A DNA stretch of 64,000 nt from an uncultured delta proteobacterium (GCA_963737905.1 CAVTUQ010000040.1:1-64000), one strand, 5' to 3'. Shown: positions 49,474-59,688, numbered from the stretch's first letter. Made by a program: numbers and translations. Notes: generated by a model from the letters alone, not told the origin.

Positions 49474-49995
49474 TCAAGTTCCTGGCCAGCCCCCGCCCGG
49501 AGGGTGGTTCCGTCCCCTACCTTTAAATGCTTCCGCCAAAAATCCACCTAACGCCCCCGCCGGAATGATCGCTGCGATGGAGAGAAATCTAAACCATTCG
49601 GGAAGCGGCAGCGACTCTTCCTGCAGCGATTGCTCAATAAAGGACAGGATCAGCGAACAGAATCCCACCAGCGCTCCATGTTTGATTTCCAGTTTGCCGG
49701 CTTTTACAGCGGCAACGAAACCACCCAAAGCTGTGCCCAAAACACCGATGGTGAAACCAACCATCAGCCCTTCAGGAGAAGTCATATAGTCTCTGATTTG
49801 ATCGCCGGTTACCTCGCCCTGTTTCGATAATTCCTTGGCTAAGTAAATGAAAAAATAAGCATATGTGCCGGCGTAAGTCGCAATATAGTCGACCACCACG
49901 CCGACGATAATCGGCCGGACTTGGACGCCAGTGAAAAACCCCGTGGGCGCGATGGGCGATGGAGGCTTTCCAGTTTGTCGTGTGTCGTATTGCAT
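49474..49995 (-). CDS. Small integral membrane protein (about 4 TM)
   Basis: RBS GGGAG before ATG 49995; GGFVAA..AG..EIKHGALVG. Confidence 0.7.
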   Translation of the reverse strand: MQYDTRQTGKPPSPIAPTGFFTGVQVRPIIVGVVVDYIATYAGTYAYFFIYLAKELSKQGEVTGDQIRDYMTSPEGLMVGFTIGVLGTALGGFVAAVKAGKLEIKHGALVGFCSLILSFIEQSLQEESLPLPEWFRFLSIAAIIPAGALGGFLAEAFKGRGRNHPPGGGWPGT

Positions 49996-50167
49996 GCTGC
50001 TCCCTAATTCCCGACTTACTCTCCCCCGGCTATTAAAGTCCCGGCTCCCATGTCCGATTCTACAATTAGGAGCACAGATGTTTGCGTCGCGCAAAATCCT
50101 CAAGCCAGACGTTCCTCCGAAACATTACACCTCAAAGATGCAATTTCTCCGCACCTGGATAGCCCAG

Positions 50168-50575
50168 CTATTTTTTCCAGCGCGGCACCTTCTTCCGGTT
50201 AGGAATGCCATCGCCAAGCAGCGTTCTTCCTCCAAGAGGAAAGCCTTTCGGCGGAATCGCTCCTAGGATCATATAAACGACATCCTTTTTGGAGTCGTTG
50301 CCGAGCGCCCGATCGACCGTCGGCCCGACCCGTATCACCGTCCCCTCGGGCATCGAAATGCGCTTGCCGTCCAAGATAATCGAACCGGTTCCCTTCAACG
50401 TAATAAACACCTCTTCCTGGACTTTGTGGCGGTGCACGTAGGTCGCGCCCTCGCCTGGTTTGTATCGGACGAAGCTGAAGCCCACCGCCTTGCAACCCAT
50501 CGGGCGCGAGAGAAACTCCTTTTCTTTAACCTTGCTGAGGGGCATGAATCCTTTGGTGTATCTTGCTGCGGCCAT
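50168..50575 (-). CDS. Cupin domain protein
   Basis: HRHKVQEEVFITLKG.G; RBS GAGGAGG before ATG 50575. Confidence 0.87.
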   Translation of the reverse strand: MAAARYTKGFMPLSKVKEKEFLSRPMGCKAVGFSFVRYKPGEGATYVHRHKVQEEVFITLKGTGSIILDGKRISMPEGTVIRVGPTVDRALGNDSKKDVVYMILGAIPPKGFPLGGRTLLGDGIPNRKKVPRWKK

Positions 50576-50589
50576 AGGGACCTCCTCGG

Positions 50590-50817
50590 TTCCGCTGCGG
50601 TACTTTTGAATATGACGTACCATCCCTTCGATGTTTAGTGCCAGACATTGTTTGTAGCTTGCCGGGGCCGAGGAGCCATTGCGCGGCATCGGCGGTAAAG
50701 ATCCCCTTTGACCTGGGTGACCTCGCCTGGGGGTTGTTGTTGGGCTGAGATCGCCGGAGAAAACATTTCGAGTAGCGCAACGGGAACTAAAAATGTTAGA
50801 AGCGTCCTTCGAACCAT
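50590..50817 (-). pseudogene. Possible internally deleted secreted MBL-fold gene remnant
   Basis: Signal peptide plus EVTQVKGDLYR, followed within about 30 nt by a C-terminus-like YKQCLALNIEGMVRHIQKYR in another frame; family assigned from recalled similarity. Confidence 0.45.
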
Positions 50818-50901
50818 TGATGCTCTCGAGCTATGGTTGACCTCAAGCGCCACGAATAGGAAAATAACTTTTCACGAGGGCAAAACGCAAACGCCTTATT
50901 T

Positions 50902-51360
50902 ATGTTTCATCGCTATCAGCACGAATCCGACATCTATCCGGCGTTGAGCCGAATTCCTCTCCACGTGCGCATGAAGCTGGACGTGACCGGAATCAAGATA
51001 TCGCTGAGAGACTGGCTGGCGTTCAGCATTGAAGAACGCACTGTTCTTTGCCATCTGCCCGTCGAAACCGAAGAGGAAAAAGAAGCGTTTTCATCCTATC
51101 TCGATTTCCTTTCACGGCGATACCGCGACGCGCCCGTGATGACGACGACCGCGCTGAGGCGCTCCCTCTGGGACAGCGTGCGCCAGGTGCCCGCACCGGT
51201 AACCGGCAAAAGTGCACCACAGATCCCCTCGGTAACCGTCGAAGAGTGGCGGCACTGGAAAACTCATCAGCGCTATGCTTTGTACAAGACGGCACTTTCG
51301 CAAAGTGATCCCGAACAGTTCTTTGCCGTGCTTAAAGAGTTGCGTGCGCCGAAAGACTGA
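50902..51360 (+). CDS. Nitrate reductase-associated protein family (Nitr_red_assoc)
   Basis: IPLHVRMKLDVTGIKISL.DW..FS.EER..L; W......QRYALYK. Confidence 0.8.
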   Translation: MFHRYQHESDIYPALSRIPLHVRMKLDVTGIKISLRDWLAFSIEERTVLCHLPVETEEEKEAFSSYLDFLSRRYRDAPVMTTTALRRSLWDSVRQVPAPVTGKSAPQIPSVTVEEWRHWKTHQRYALYKTALSQSDPEQFFAVLKELRAPKD

Positions 51361-51370
51361 ACGTCCTCCT

Positions 51371-53599
51371 ATGAGTAAGTTGAGATCCAACGATAGCTGG
51401 CTTTCCCGCCTCATCCCTTTCGGCTTGGTCGGCCAAACCAAGCCCCGTCACTATCGCGAGATGCTCGGCGTCGTATGGGAAAACAAAACAGAACTTCCCT
51501 ATGCTTGGAATATTCTCAAGCATGGCGTCTGTGACGGCTGCTCCCTCGGTCCCTATGGCCTCCGCGACAATGTGATGGATGGGGTCCATCTGTGCATGAC
51601 CCGGCTCAAGCTCCTCAAACTAAACAGCATGGGCGCCCTCGATATGTCGCTCACAAGAGACATCAACGCACTCCGGGCGCTGGGACCGGAAAAACTACGG
51701 TCCCTCGGACGGCTATCCTATCCTATGATTCGTCACAAGGGCGACCCGGGATTTTCACGCATCTCGTGGGACGATGCTTTTAACCTCATCACCAAAACGA
51801 TACGCAGGACGCTGCCCCACCAGATGGGATTCTTCACGACATCTCGCGGACTCACCAACGAAGTGTATTACGTCTTCCAAAAACTCGCTCGGGTGCTCGG
51901 CACCAACAACGTGGATCTCTGTTCCCGGCTTTGTCATGCTGCCAGTGTCTCCGGGCTCAAAGCGACACTGGGTATCGGTGCGCCGACCTGTTCTCTGTCG
52001 GACTTTATCGGCACCCAGCTACTGGTTATTTTCGGCTCCGATCTCGCCAATAACCAACCGGTGACTACCAAATACATGCACTATGCCAAAAAAAAAGGCA
52101 CCCGCATCGTCGTCGTAAATCCGATGCGTGAATATGGGCTGGAGCGTTACTGGGTCCCGTCCGTCGCTACCAGCGCGTTATTTGGTACCAAGCTGATGGA
52201 TGACTTCTTTCAAGTGCGGGTCGGAGGAGACATCGCGTTTATCAACGGGGTGATCAAAACGCTGCTTGCGTTGAGCCGAGTAGATCAGGAATTCATCGCC
52301 AAACGCACGACCGGCTACGAAGAACTCAAAGCCGCGCTCGGAGCACAATCCTGGGAGATGCTCGAGGAACGTTCCGGGTTGTCGCGCCAGGAAATGGAGC
52401 GGTTTGCGTTGCTTTACGGTCATGCCCGCAGTGCCGTTTTCGTCTACAGCATGGGGCTAACGCAGCACGAGTTTGGCGTGGACAACGTGAAGGCGATCGT
52501 AAACCTCGCTCTATCCCGTGGCATGCTCGGACGCGACAAGTGCGGCATCATGCCGATCCGTGGTCATAGCGGCGTCCAGGGGGGTGGTGAGTGCGGGGCC
52601 GAGCCGGACAAGTTTCCCGGCGGATTCCCGGTCAATGAAGAAAGCGCCCGCCGCTTCTCCAACCTTTGGCGCCACCCGGTTCCTTCCAAGCCAGGACTCA
52701 GGGTACCGGAGATGATCGAGGCGGCAGGTAAAGGCGAACTCAACTTTCTCTATTCCATAGGCGGCAATTTGCTGGAAACCATGCCGGACCGGAATTTCAT
52801 TGCCAGAGCTCTGGAAGGGGTGGCTGTAAGAGTGCATCAAGATATCGTTCTGAACAGCTCCATGCTTCTCGACGCCGAGGAAGCGGTTCTCATCCTTCCC
52901 GGCCAGACCCGTTACGAGCAACGCGGCGGAGGAACGACTACTAGTACCGAAAGACGCATCCGCTTCACCCCGGAGATTCCCGGACATCAAATTGGCCATT
53001 CACTGCCGGAGTGGGAAATACCCGCCATTATCGGCCGCCATGCCATGCCCAACGGCGATCTCTTATTCCCCTATGAGGACACGCAGGGTATCCGTGATGA
53101 GATGAGCCGCGTCATGCCGATTTATCAAGGCATCGAGCAGCTCAAAAAAGAAGGCGACCATCTCCAATGGGGCGGCCCGTTTCTCTACAGGGCTGGACAA
53201 TTTAACAACATGCCCAACGGTCGCGCGCTCTTCAGCGTTCTAAACCCGCCTGACCGTCGGGCGTCCGCAGGAAAATTTTATCTCGCCACACGTCGCGGTA
53301 AACAGTTCAACAGCATGACCTTCGGAGCTGCGGATCGGCTCATGGGCGCCAAGTCAAGAGACATTATTTTTATCTCGCCCGAAGACGCCGAACGACTGGA
53401 GTTGGAGAATGGCACGCGCGTGGTGGTCCGTTCGGACACCGGAGAAATGAGTGGAGTTATCAAAATCGCTCCCGTCAAGTCCGGAACGCTCCAAGCTTAT
53501 TGGCCCGAGGCCAATGTCCTCATAACCCGTCGCACCGATCCCGTTTCGGGAGAACCGGATTACAACGTTGAGGTTTCTATCGAGAAAACCATTGGTTGA
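51371..53599 (+). CDS. FdhF/YdeP family molybdopterin oxidoreductase
   Basis: CDGCSLG, LGTNNVDLCSRLCH, PIRGHSGVQG, TRRGKQFNSM, SGEPDYN. Confidence 0.92.
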   Translation: MSKLRSNDSWLSRLIPFGLVGQTKPRHYREMLGVVWENKTELPYAWNILKHGVCDGCSLGPYGLRDNVMDGVHLCMTRLKLLKLNSMGALDMSLTRDINALRALGPEKLRSLGRLSYPMIRHKGDPGFSRISWDDAFNLITKTIRRTLPHQMGFFTTSRGLTNEVYYVFQKLARVLGTNNVDLCSRLCHAASVSGLKATLGIGAPTCSLSDFIGTQLLVIFGSDLANNQPVTTKYMHYAKKKGTRIVVVNPMREYGLERYWVPSVATSALFGTKLMDDFFQVRVGGDIAFINGVIKTLLALSRVDQEFIAKRTTGYEELKAALGAQSWEMLEERSGLSRQEMERFALLYGHARSAVFVYSMGLTQHEFGVDNVKAIVNLALSRGMLGRDKCGIMPIRGHSGVQGGGECGAEPDKFPGGFPVNEESARRFSNLWRHPVPSKPGLRVPEMIEAAGKGELNFLYSIGGNLLETMPDRNFIARALEGVAVRVHQDIVLNSSMLLDAEEAVLILPGQTRYEQRGGGTTTSTERRIRFTPEIPGHQIGHSLPEWEIPAIIGRHAMPNGDLLFPYEDTQGIRDEMSRVMPIYQGIEQLKKEGDHLQWGGPFLYRAGQFNNMPNGRALFSVLNPPDRRASAGKFYLATRRGKQFNSMTFGAADRLMGAKSRDIIFISPEDAERLELENGTRVVVRSDTGEMSGVIKIAPVKSGTLQAYWPEANVLITRRTDPVSGEPDYNVEVSIEKTIG

Positions 53600-53648
53600 T
53601 CGCAAAATTGCAGGCTGGTTATGACAGTCATCCATTGAAGAAGTGTTT

Positions 53649-54818
53649 ATGAATGCGGGAACCGGACTCACCGGCAACGAATTGTATCCTCGTTTCTCGG
53701 ACGCGGAATACGATCGGCGTTATCACGCGGTGCGCGAAGCCATGCGGCAAGACAATCTCGACGCCATTCTCATCTCCGGGGCCCGCGGCTCATCTGAGGT
53801 CCACTATCTGTCAAACTATCTCGCGCAGTCCCCCTGCTGGTTACTCTTCCCGCGGGAGGGCGCGCCTGCGGTGTTCATCCATTTTTTCAACCATCAGCCC
53901 TGCGCCAAAGCTCAGTCAACTATAAAAGATGTTCGCTGGTATGGCCCCGCGCCGATTCCAACTTTGGCCGACGCTATGCGCGAGAGAGACCTGGGTAAGA
54001 GTCGAATCGGTTTGGTCAGCATGCGAGGGATGGCTTACGGTCACGTCACGGAACTGCAGCAATTCTTTCCAGAGGCTGACTTCGTCGAGTTTGGCCCGGC
54101 ATTCGGTCGAATTCGGCGTGTCAGAAGCGAGGAAGAGCTGGGTTATCTCCGAAGGAGTGGGTATCTCACGGATTTGGCTTGCGAGGCCTTGGAGGAGCAC
54201 CTACGACCGGGCCTGACGGAACACGATATCTTGTCGATTATTTACAGCTCGTACATCAAGAACGGCGGCGAGCCGGGAATTCATTTTATTGCTACGACCC
54301 GCATGGAGCAACCCGATCGCTTCGTGCCCTGGCAAAAACCAACGCCTCGTGTAATCGAAGCCGGAAGCGTGGTCATTACCGAGCTGACGGTGAGTTACTG
54401 GGGCTATTCGACACAAATTCACCGACCCTTTGCCATCAAACGGGAGCCGCCGCCACTCTATCGGAAGCTCTTCGACACGGCATTGGAGTGTTACGAAAAC
54501 ATACGCAAAATATGCAAACCCGGGATGACCAGCGAAGAAATTATTGCTGCAAGCTCCGTCATCGAAGACAAAGGTTTTACCACCTACGACAGCGTCTTCC
54601 ACGGCGAAGCGGGAAAATCACCCGAGCTAGGCAGCCGCTCTGCAACGCATCCTGGAGAGCCATGGACGTTGATCGAAAACATGGTCCACGTCATCCAACC
54701 CAATCCGATCACTCCCGATTTCAAAGCCGGCCTGCAACTCGGCGCCGCCGTCATCGTTAAACCGGACGGCGGCGAACCACTGCACAATTATCCGTTCAAG
54801 TTTCCCGTGTGCGGTTAA
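53649..54818 (+). CDS. M24 (pita-bread) family protein, creatinase/ectoine-hydrolase-like
   Basis: FSDAEYDRRY..VR..M, RRVRSEEEL, RPGLTE, KPGMT; start 53643 or 53649. Confidence 0.82.
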   Translation: MNAGTGLTGNELYPRFSDAEYDRRYHAVREAMRQDNLDAILISGARGSSEVHYLSNYLAQSPCWLLFPREGAPAVFIHFFNHQPCAKAQSTIKDVRWYGPAPIPTLADAMRERDLGKSRIGLVSMRGMAYGHVTELQQFFPEADFVEFGPAFGRIRRVRSEEELGYLRRSGYLTDLACEALEEHLRPGLTEHDILSIIYSSYIKNGGEPGIHFIATTRMEQPDRFVPWQKPTPRVIEAGSVVITELTVSYWGYSTQIHRPFAIKREPPPLYRKLFDTALECYENIRKICKPGMTSEEIIAASSVIEDKGFTTYDSVFHGEAGKSPELGSRSATHPGEPWTLIENMVHVIQPNPITPDFKAGLQLGAAVIVKPDGGEPLHNYPFKFPVCG

Positions 54819-54842
54819 ATCACAAACCAACAAGGAGCGAAA

Positions 54843-55565
54843 ATGAGCAACCCATCCGCAGCCGCTGTCAAAGTCCTCGCCTTCGATGTTTTCGGCACCG
54901 TAGTCGATTGGCGATCCAGTGTCATCGCCGAAGGCGAGCAACTCGGAAAGATGAAAAAACTCAGCGTGGACTGGACCGCCTTCGCAGACGCGTGGCGAGC
55001 CGTCTACCGGCCATCCCTGGACCGCGTCCAGAAAGGCGAACTCCCGTGGACAAAACTCGATGTTCTGCATCGGATGTCGCTGGAAGAGATCCTAAAGAAA
55101 TTTACGATCGAAGCTCTTAGCGAAGAAGAGAAAGCTCACTTCAACCGCGTCTGGCACCGGCTAAAGCCCTGGCCGGATTCAGTGCCGGGACTCAAGCGTT
55201 TGAAGAGTCGCTTCGTGATAACCACCCTGTCCAACGGCAATATCTCTTTGCTCACCAATATGGCGAAGCATGCCGGTCTGCCCTGGGACTGCATTTTGTC
55301 TGCGGAAAATGTCCAACATTACAAGCCGGACCGCGAAGTTTATTTATTGGTTCCCGGTCTTTTCGATCTGAAGCCCGAGGAAGTTATGATGGTCGCCGCC
55401 CACGACCGCGACCTACAGTCAGCGCAGAAATATGGACTGCGCACAGCCTTTGTCCACCGTCCGTTGGAGCACGCCCCGGGAAAGGCGGCGACAATTCCTC
55501 CCGTAGGTCGGTACGATTTTGTCGCGAAAGATTTTTTGGATCTGGCGGCCCAGATGGGTGCGTAG
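54843..55565 (+). CDS. Haloacid dehalogenase type II
   Basis: FDVFGTVVDWR, LSNGN, YKP, MVAAH..DL. Confidence 0.92.
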   Translation: MSNPSAAAVKVLAFDVFGTVVDWRSSVIAEGEQLGKMKKLSVDWTAFADAWRAVYRPSLDRVQKGELPWTKLDVLHRMSLEEILKKFTIEALSEEEKAHFNRVWHRLKPWPDSVPGLKRLKSRFVITTLSNGNISLLTNMAKHAGLPWDCILSAENVQHYKPDREVYLLVPGLFDLKPEEVMMVAAHDRDLQSAQKYGLRTAFVHRPLEHAPGKAATIPPVGRYDFVAKDFLDLAAQMGA

Positions 55566-55701
55566 ACGGCGTCTTTACAACTCATAATCAATGTTATACA
55601 AGCCGCCCCGGTGGATGAGGTTTCACAGTGGAGCTTATAGAAGCTATGCATCCTATGCAAAAGAACATATCACACTGAGGTGAACTCAAATTCCGGTTAC
55701 A

Positions 55702-56117
55702 ATGAATCGCGGAATTTTTCAGCAGATCTCGGACACGCGGAGACGCGAAGCAGCGACTCTCCTCAAAGCTCGTCATTATTCCGGCGCCTATTACATTATG
55801 GGCTACGCGGTTGAGTGCGCGCTAAAGGCCTGCGTGGCCAAACAGGTTCGACGATATGATTTTCCTGACAAGACTCTCGCAAATAAAGCTTTCACCCACC
55901 ATCTCGGAAACCTAATGAGCCTTTGCGGGTTGGATTTCGAACTGAAGAAAGAAATGGAAGCCAACAAACTCTTGAACTCAACTGGGCAGTCGTGAAGGAC
56001 TGGTCCCAATCTTCCCGCTACGAAATGGACATAAGTGAAGCCGAAGCCCGTGACCTTTACTCGGCGTGTACCGCTCGGAGAGATGGTGTGCTAAGCTGGA
56101 TTAAACGAAGATGGTAG
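55702..56117 (+). CDS. HEPN domain protein, frameshift near 55967
   Basis: GAYYIMGYAVECALKA, FTHHL; continues as LELNWAVVKDWSQSSRY...WIKRRW if one A is added at AACAAAC. Confidence 0.78.
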
Positions 56118-56497
56118 AAACAAATCTGACAAAAGAACTCATCGATGCTGGTGCCCAACTGGTCGAAAAACTAGACAAACGTGGCTTGCCGCCTAACGCG
56201 GCATTCTGGCTTTACTTCCCAGAAGAACAAACATGGAAACTCGTCTTGGTGGAGGTCAAACTCGTGAAAAAGGGTCCTAAAGCAGCTTATGCTGAGATTC
56301 AGAAGGTCCTGACAACCGAGAAGGAGCTCGAGAGCCTGAAATTGGATGATTTAGTTCTGGAAAAACCGGACGCTCGCATAGTAGAACTTATTCGAAAAGC
56401 AATGCGAACAGGATCTGGCATCACTGGGATTCGTTTCAAAAATAATGTTATTGACGGGACACTAATCGACGACGCCTATATCTATCGTGCGGCTTGA
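56111..56497 (+). CDS. Hypothetical partner of the HEPN protein (possible nucleotidyltransferase-like antitoxin)
   Basis: Overlaps the HEPN stop; G..LV..LD..G....AAFWLY..E...WKLV; IDDAYIYR. Confidence 0.7.
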   Translation: MVETNLTKELIDAGAQLVEKLDKRGLPPNAAFWLYFPEEQTWKLVLVEVKLVKKGPKAAYAEIQKVLTTEKELESLKLDDLVLEKPDARIVELIRKAMRTGSGITGIRFKNNVIDGTLIDDAYIYRAA

Positions 56498-56648
56498 TTC
56501 CTGGATTACGAATCAACCCCTTTTAAGTACGACGGTTCACTGCGGTGGCTGAGCTGTAGCTATACGAACCGCTTTCGCCTCGTTCATTACATCACTCAAC
56601 ACCGTGATCGAATTTTTCGTTTCCTGTCTAGTCCATGCTAATTAAGTA

Positions 56649-57053
56649 GTGAAACTTTTAGTAAACATCGATGTCGATGATCTCGAGAAGGCCATAGCTT
56701 TCTATCAAAGTGCGTTTGATCTCCGTCTCGGCCGGCGTCTTTTCGGCAGTACCGTGGCTGAGATGACCGGGGCGTCTTCGATTGTATATCTCTTGACCAA
56801 GCCGTCGGGCAGCTCCGCTTCGTCTCATTTTTCTCTGCCGCGCGATTACCGTCGCCACTGGACACCAGTACATCTCGATTTTGAGGTCGAAGATATTGAA
56901 GCTTCAGTCCAACGCGCGTTGGCGGCTGGCGCGAAGCTTGAAGATGAAATTCAAACTTTCCCTTGGGGTCGCATCGCTAAAATGAGCGATCCCTTCGGTA
57001 ACGGGTTCTGCATCTTGCAGTTCACCGGCGGCGGATATGATGAGGTCGTTTGA
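56649..57053 (+). CDS. VOC family protein
   Basis: NIDVDDLEKAIAFY, VHLDFEV.D, WGRIA..SDPFGNGFC. Confidence 0.9.
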   Translation: MKLLVNIDVDDLEKAIAFYQSAFDLRLGRRLFGSTVAEMTGASSIVYLLTKPSGSSASSHFSLPRDYRRHWTPVHLDFEVEDIEASVQRALAAGAKLEDEIQTFPWGRIAKMSDPFGNGFCILQFTGGGYDEVV

Positions 57054-57116
57054 CCGCCCAAAATCCATGGGTCGCTCTCTCTGATCAACGCGAAACCCGG
57101 AACCCGTCAGCACTCC

Positions 57117-58895
57117 TCACCGCATCTGACAGACCACATCCACCAGCGCCGGCTTACCCTCCTTTACAACCTTTACCGCCTCGCGCAAGGTCTTGATGAG
57201 GTCTTTCGGTTCCGTGATCGGTCCCGCACCCCAGCAGCCATACGTGCGCGCCATGGCGCCGAAGTCGACGTTCGGGTCTTCGATTCGAATGCCGATGGTC
57301 TTATTTTCCACGGGGCGATTGCGCACGACAGCGATGCGCTCTTGATGCTCTTCATCGTTGAAATAGGAGCGGTTACTGCAAACGACGATCAACAACGGAA
57401 TTTTATGATGCACCGCGGTCCAGAGAGCGCTCACGGTGAACAACAGGCAGCCGTCCGGCTGGATGTCAACGCAAAACTTGCCGGAGCCCTTGAGGGCCAG
57501 CGCCGCGCCGAGAGAAGCAGGCAGGCCATATCCCAGACCTCCACCTTTGTATTTTCCTAGAATCTGGTTGAATTTACTGGCCGGAAGGCAATGATTTTCT
57601 TTACCTTGGGAACTACCATTGGTCAGCACCCAATCTTCACCCTTGAGCGCCTCGGTCATCTCGGAATAGAGCCGTGTCATGGCGATGGGCTTCTCGTCCC
57701 ATTTGGTTTTGGTCTCCTTTTCGAGAGCCGCTCTTTTCTCCTGATAAATATTGCCCCAATCCGCGCGCCGCCTGTCGATGTCACCGCTCAACTGGCTCAA
57801 CTTTTTCTCGGCTTTGAGGCGGCGCACCAACTCAGGCAAGAAGACTGACGTGTCCGCCATTATCATGAGATCCGCTTCTCGCAATTTGTTGAAATCCGTC
57901 GCCCAAGCCCGCAACAACAGGTCGTCGAGAGCGACGTTGATGATTTTAGCATTAGACGGAAGCAACGGCGTGGCTCGACGATTCCCTCGCTCCTGTGCTC
58001 TCCTGGTGGTCGCGCCTTCGAGATCTGGAACGTCTAAGGCCAAGACAAGATCCGCCTGCGGAATGACCTTGTCATTTTGGCCCGTAAGATTAAGCGGATT
58101 CAGCACCGGAAAATTGAACCGCCCGAACTGATCGAGTACCGGCGCGGCGAGCAGTTGCGCCAATTCGCCCACCGCTTTGAATCCAGCTTCCTTTCTTCCC
58201 ACCTGGTCCGCGATTATCACCGGCTTCTTCGATTCGAGGAGCCAACGAATCGTCTTTTCGAATCCCTCTTCCGGCGCTTGCAGCGGCAGCGGCGCCGGGT
58301 AGCGGTCCAGCGACGGAACGGTAATTTCGCCGTCCAGCTGCTTTTCCTGCACATCACCATCGTAGCAAATATAGACCGGCCCCATGGGGTCCGTTGTCGC
58401 CAGCCGATATGCGCGGATGAAAGAGTCCGGCACAGCCTCGACGCTGGCGGGTTGATCGTCCCACTTGACGAAGTCACGCACTAAATTTCCTTGCACCAGT
58501 GCTGTGTGCACCCAGTCGATCCACGGCCGCCGGTTCGCCGTGTCCATCGGGCCTGTGCCGCCCATAACGATGACCGGCAGCCGATCCGCCCACGCGTTGT
58601 AAATCGCCATGGACGCGTGCTGCAGTCCCACCACGTTATGCACGGCAGCGCCCATGGGCTTGCCTTTGGCTCGCGCGTAGCCGTGCGCCAACGCGACGGC
58701 GATCTCCTCGTGCGTGCAAAGAACGATCTCCGGCGCATGATTGCCGCCGTAATTCACCAGTGAGTCATGCAGCCCGCGGAACGTGGCTCCGGGATTGATC
58801 GCCACGTATTCGATTTCAAACGCCTTCAATAGATCGACGACGACGTCCGATCCCCATTCCGCCCGCGGCTTTTCAATTTTTTGTGCTTTTGCCAT
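57117..58895 (-). CDS. Thiamine pyrophosphate-binding enzyme (acetolactate synthase/benzoylformate decarboxylase-like)
   Basis: NPGATFRGLHDS, HEEIAVALAHGY, GGLGYG, variant TPP motif PDG...N. Confidence 0.92.
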   Translation of the reverse strand: MAKAQKIEKPRAEWGSDVVVDLLKAFEIEYVAINPGATFRGLHDSLVNYGGNHAPEIVLCTHEEIAVALAHGYARAKGKPMGAAVHNVVGLQHASMAIYNAWADRLPVIVMGGTGPMDTANRRPWIDWVHTALVQGNLVRDFVKWDDQPASVEAVPDSFIRAYRLATTDPMGPVYICYDGDVQEKQLDGEITVPSLDRYPAPLPLQAPEEGFEKTIRWLLESKKPVIIADQVGRKEAGFKAVGELAQLLAAPVLDQFGRFNFPVLNPLNLTGQNDKVIPQADLVLALDVPDLEGATTRRAQERGNRRATPLLPSNAKIINVALDDLLLRAWATDFNKLREADLMIMADTSVFLPELVRRLKAEKKLSQLSGDIDRRRADWGNIYQEKRAALEKETKTKWDEKPIAMTRLYSEMTEALKGEDWVLTNGSSQGKENHCLPASKFNQILGKYKGGGLGYGLPASLGAALALKGSGKFCVDIQPDGCLLFTVSALWTAVHHKIPLLIVVCSNRSYFNDEEHQERIAVVRNRPVENKTIGIRIEDPNVDFGAMARTYGCWGAGPITEPKDLIKTLREAVKVVKEGKPALVDVVCQMR

Positions 58896-58943
58896 AAGAG
58901 AATTCCTCTACTCCAATCTTTGCCTCATTGGCGCGCGCCCGAA

Positions 58944-59040
58944 ATGGCCTATAGCTGATATACTAGCCTATAGCATATGGCTTATAGCGCATGGTTCGCA
59001 TATCCCAAACTATATGCCATCAGCTATATGCCATATGCCA
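58944..59040. repeat. Heptamer-period inverted repeat, same family as 26929-27002
   Basis: TAGCCTA TAGCATA TGGCTTA TAGCGCA TGG ... CTATATG CCATCAG CTATATG CCATATG. Confidence 0.85.
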
Positions 59041-59056
59041 GCGTTTCAACCACCGC

Positions 59057-59674
59057 CTAGACTTTGGGGATCTGCATCCCGCGCTGGACTGCAGGGCGCG
59101 CCGAGATCGCGTCGTACCAGCGCTTTACGCTCGAAAACTCCTCCAATTTCACCTGATGCATCTCGTGGCGCCAGACCCATGGGTACGTGGCGATGTCGGC
59201 GATGGAGTATTCACCGGCGAGATATTCTTTCTTCCCGAGTTGCTGATCCAAAACTTTGTAAAGCCGTAGTGCTTCTTTGTGGTAACGTTCGATGGCGTAG
59301 GGAACCTTTTCCGCCAGACGGAAGAAAAAATTGGCCTGGCCGAATATCGGCCCCACCCCGCCCATCTGAAACATCAGCCACTGGACAATCTCGTAGCGCT
59401 TGCGCATGTCCTGTGGAAGGAGCTTGGCCGTTTTTTCCGCCAGGTACATGAGAATCGCGCCCGACTCGAACAACGTCAACGGTTGTCCCCCCGGGCCATC
59501 GGTATCGATGATGGAAGGGATCTTATTATTTGGATTGATGGCAAGATATTCTGGGGTGAACTGGTCCCCTTTTTGGAGACTAATCGGATGGACTTCATAA
59601 GGAAGCCCCACCTCTTCCAGCATGACCGAGACTTTTTTTCCGTTGGGCGTCCCCCAAGTATAGAGTTGAATCAT
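59057..59674 (-). CDS. yfcG: Glutathione S-transferase family disulfide oxidoreductase (YfcG/YghU-like)
   Basis: MIQLYTWGTPNG, INPNNKIP, FESGAIL, YSIADIA; RBS AAGGA. Confidence 0.9.
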   Translation of the reverse strand: MIQLYTWGTPNGKKVSVMLEEVGLPYEVHPISLQKGDQFTPEYLAINPNNKIPSIIDTDGPGGQPLTLFESGAILMYLAEKTAKLLPQDMRKRYEIVQWLMFQMGGVGPIFGQANFFFRLAEKVPYAIERYHKEALRLYKVLDQQLGKKEYLAGEYSIADIATYPWVWRHEMHQVKLEEFSSVKRWYDAISARPAVQRGMQIPKV

Positions 59675-59688
59675 GGTTCGATTCCTTT

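Noticed and set aside
51371-53599. Selenocysteine formate dehydrogenase
   Set aside because: The frame is uninterrupted and the Mo-ligand motif has Cys (CSRLCH)
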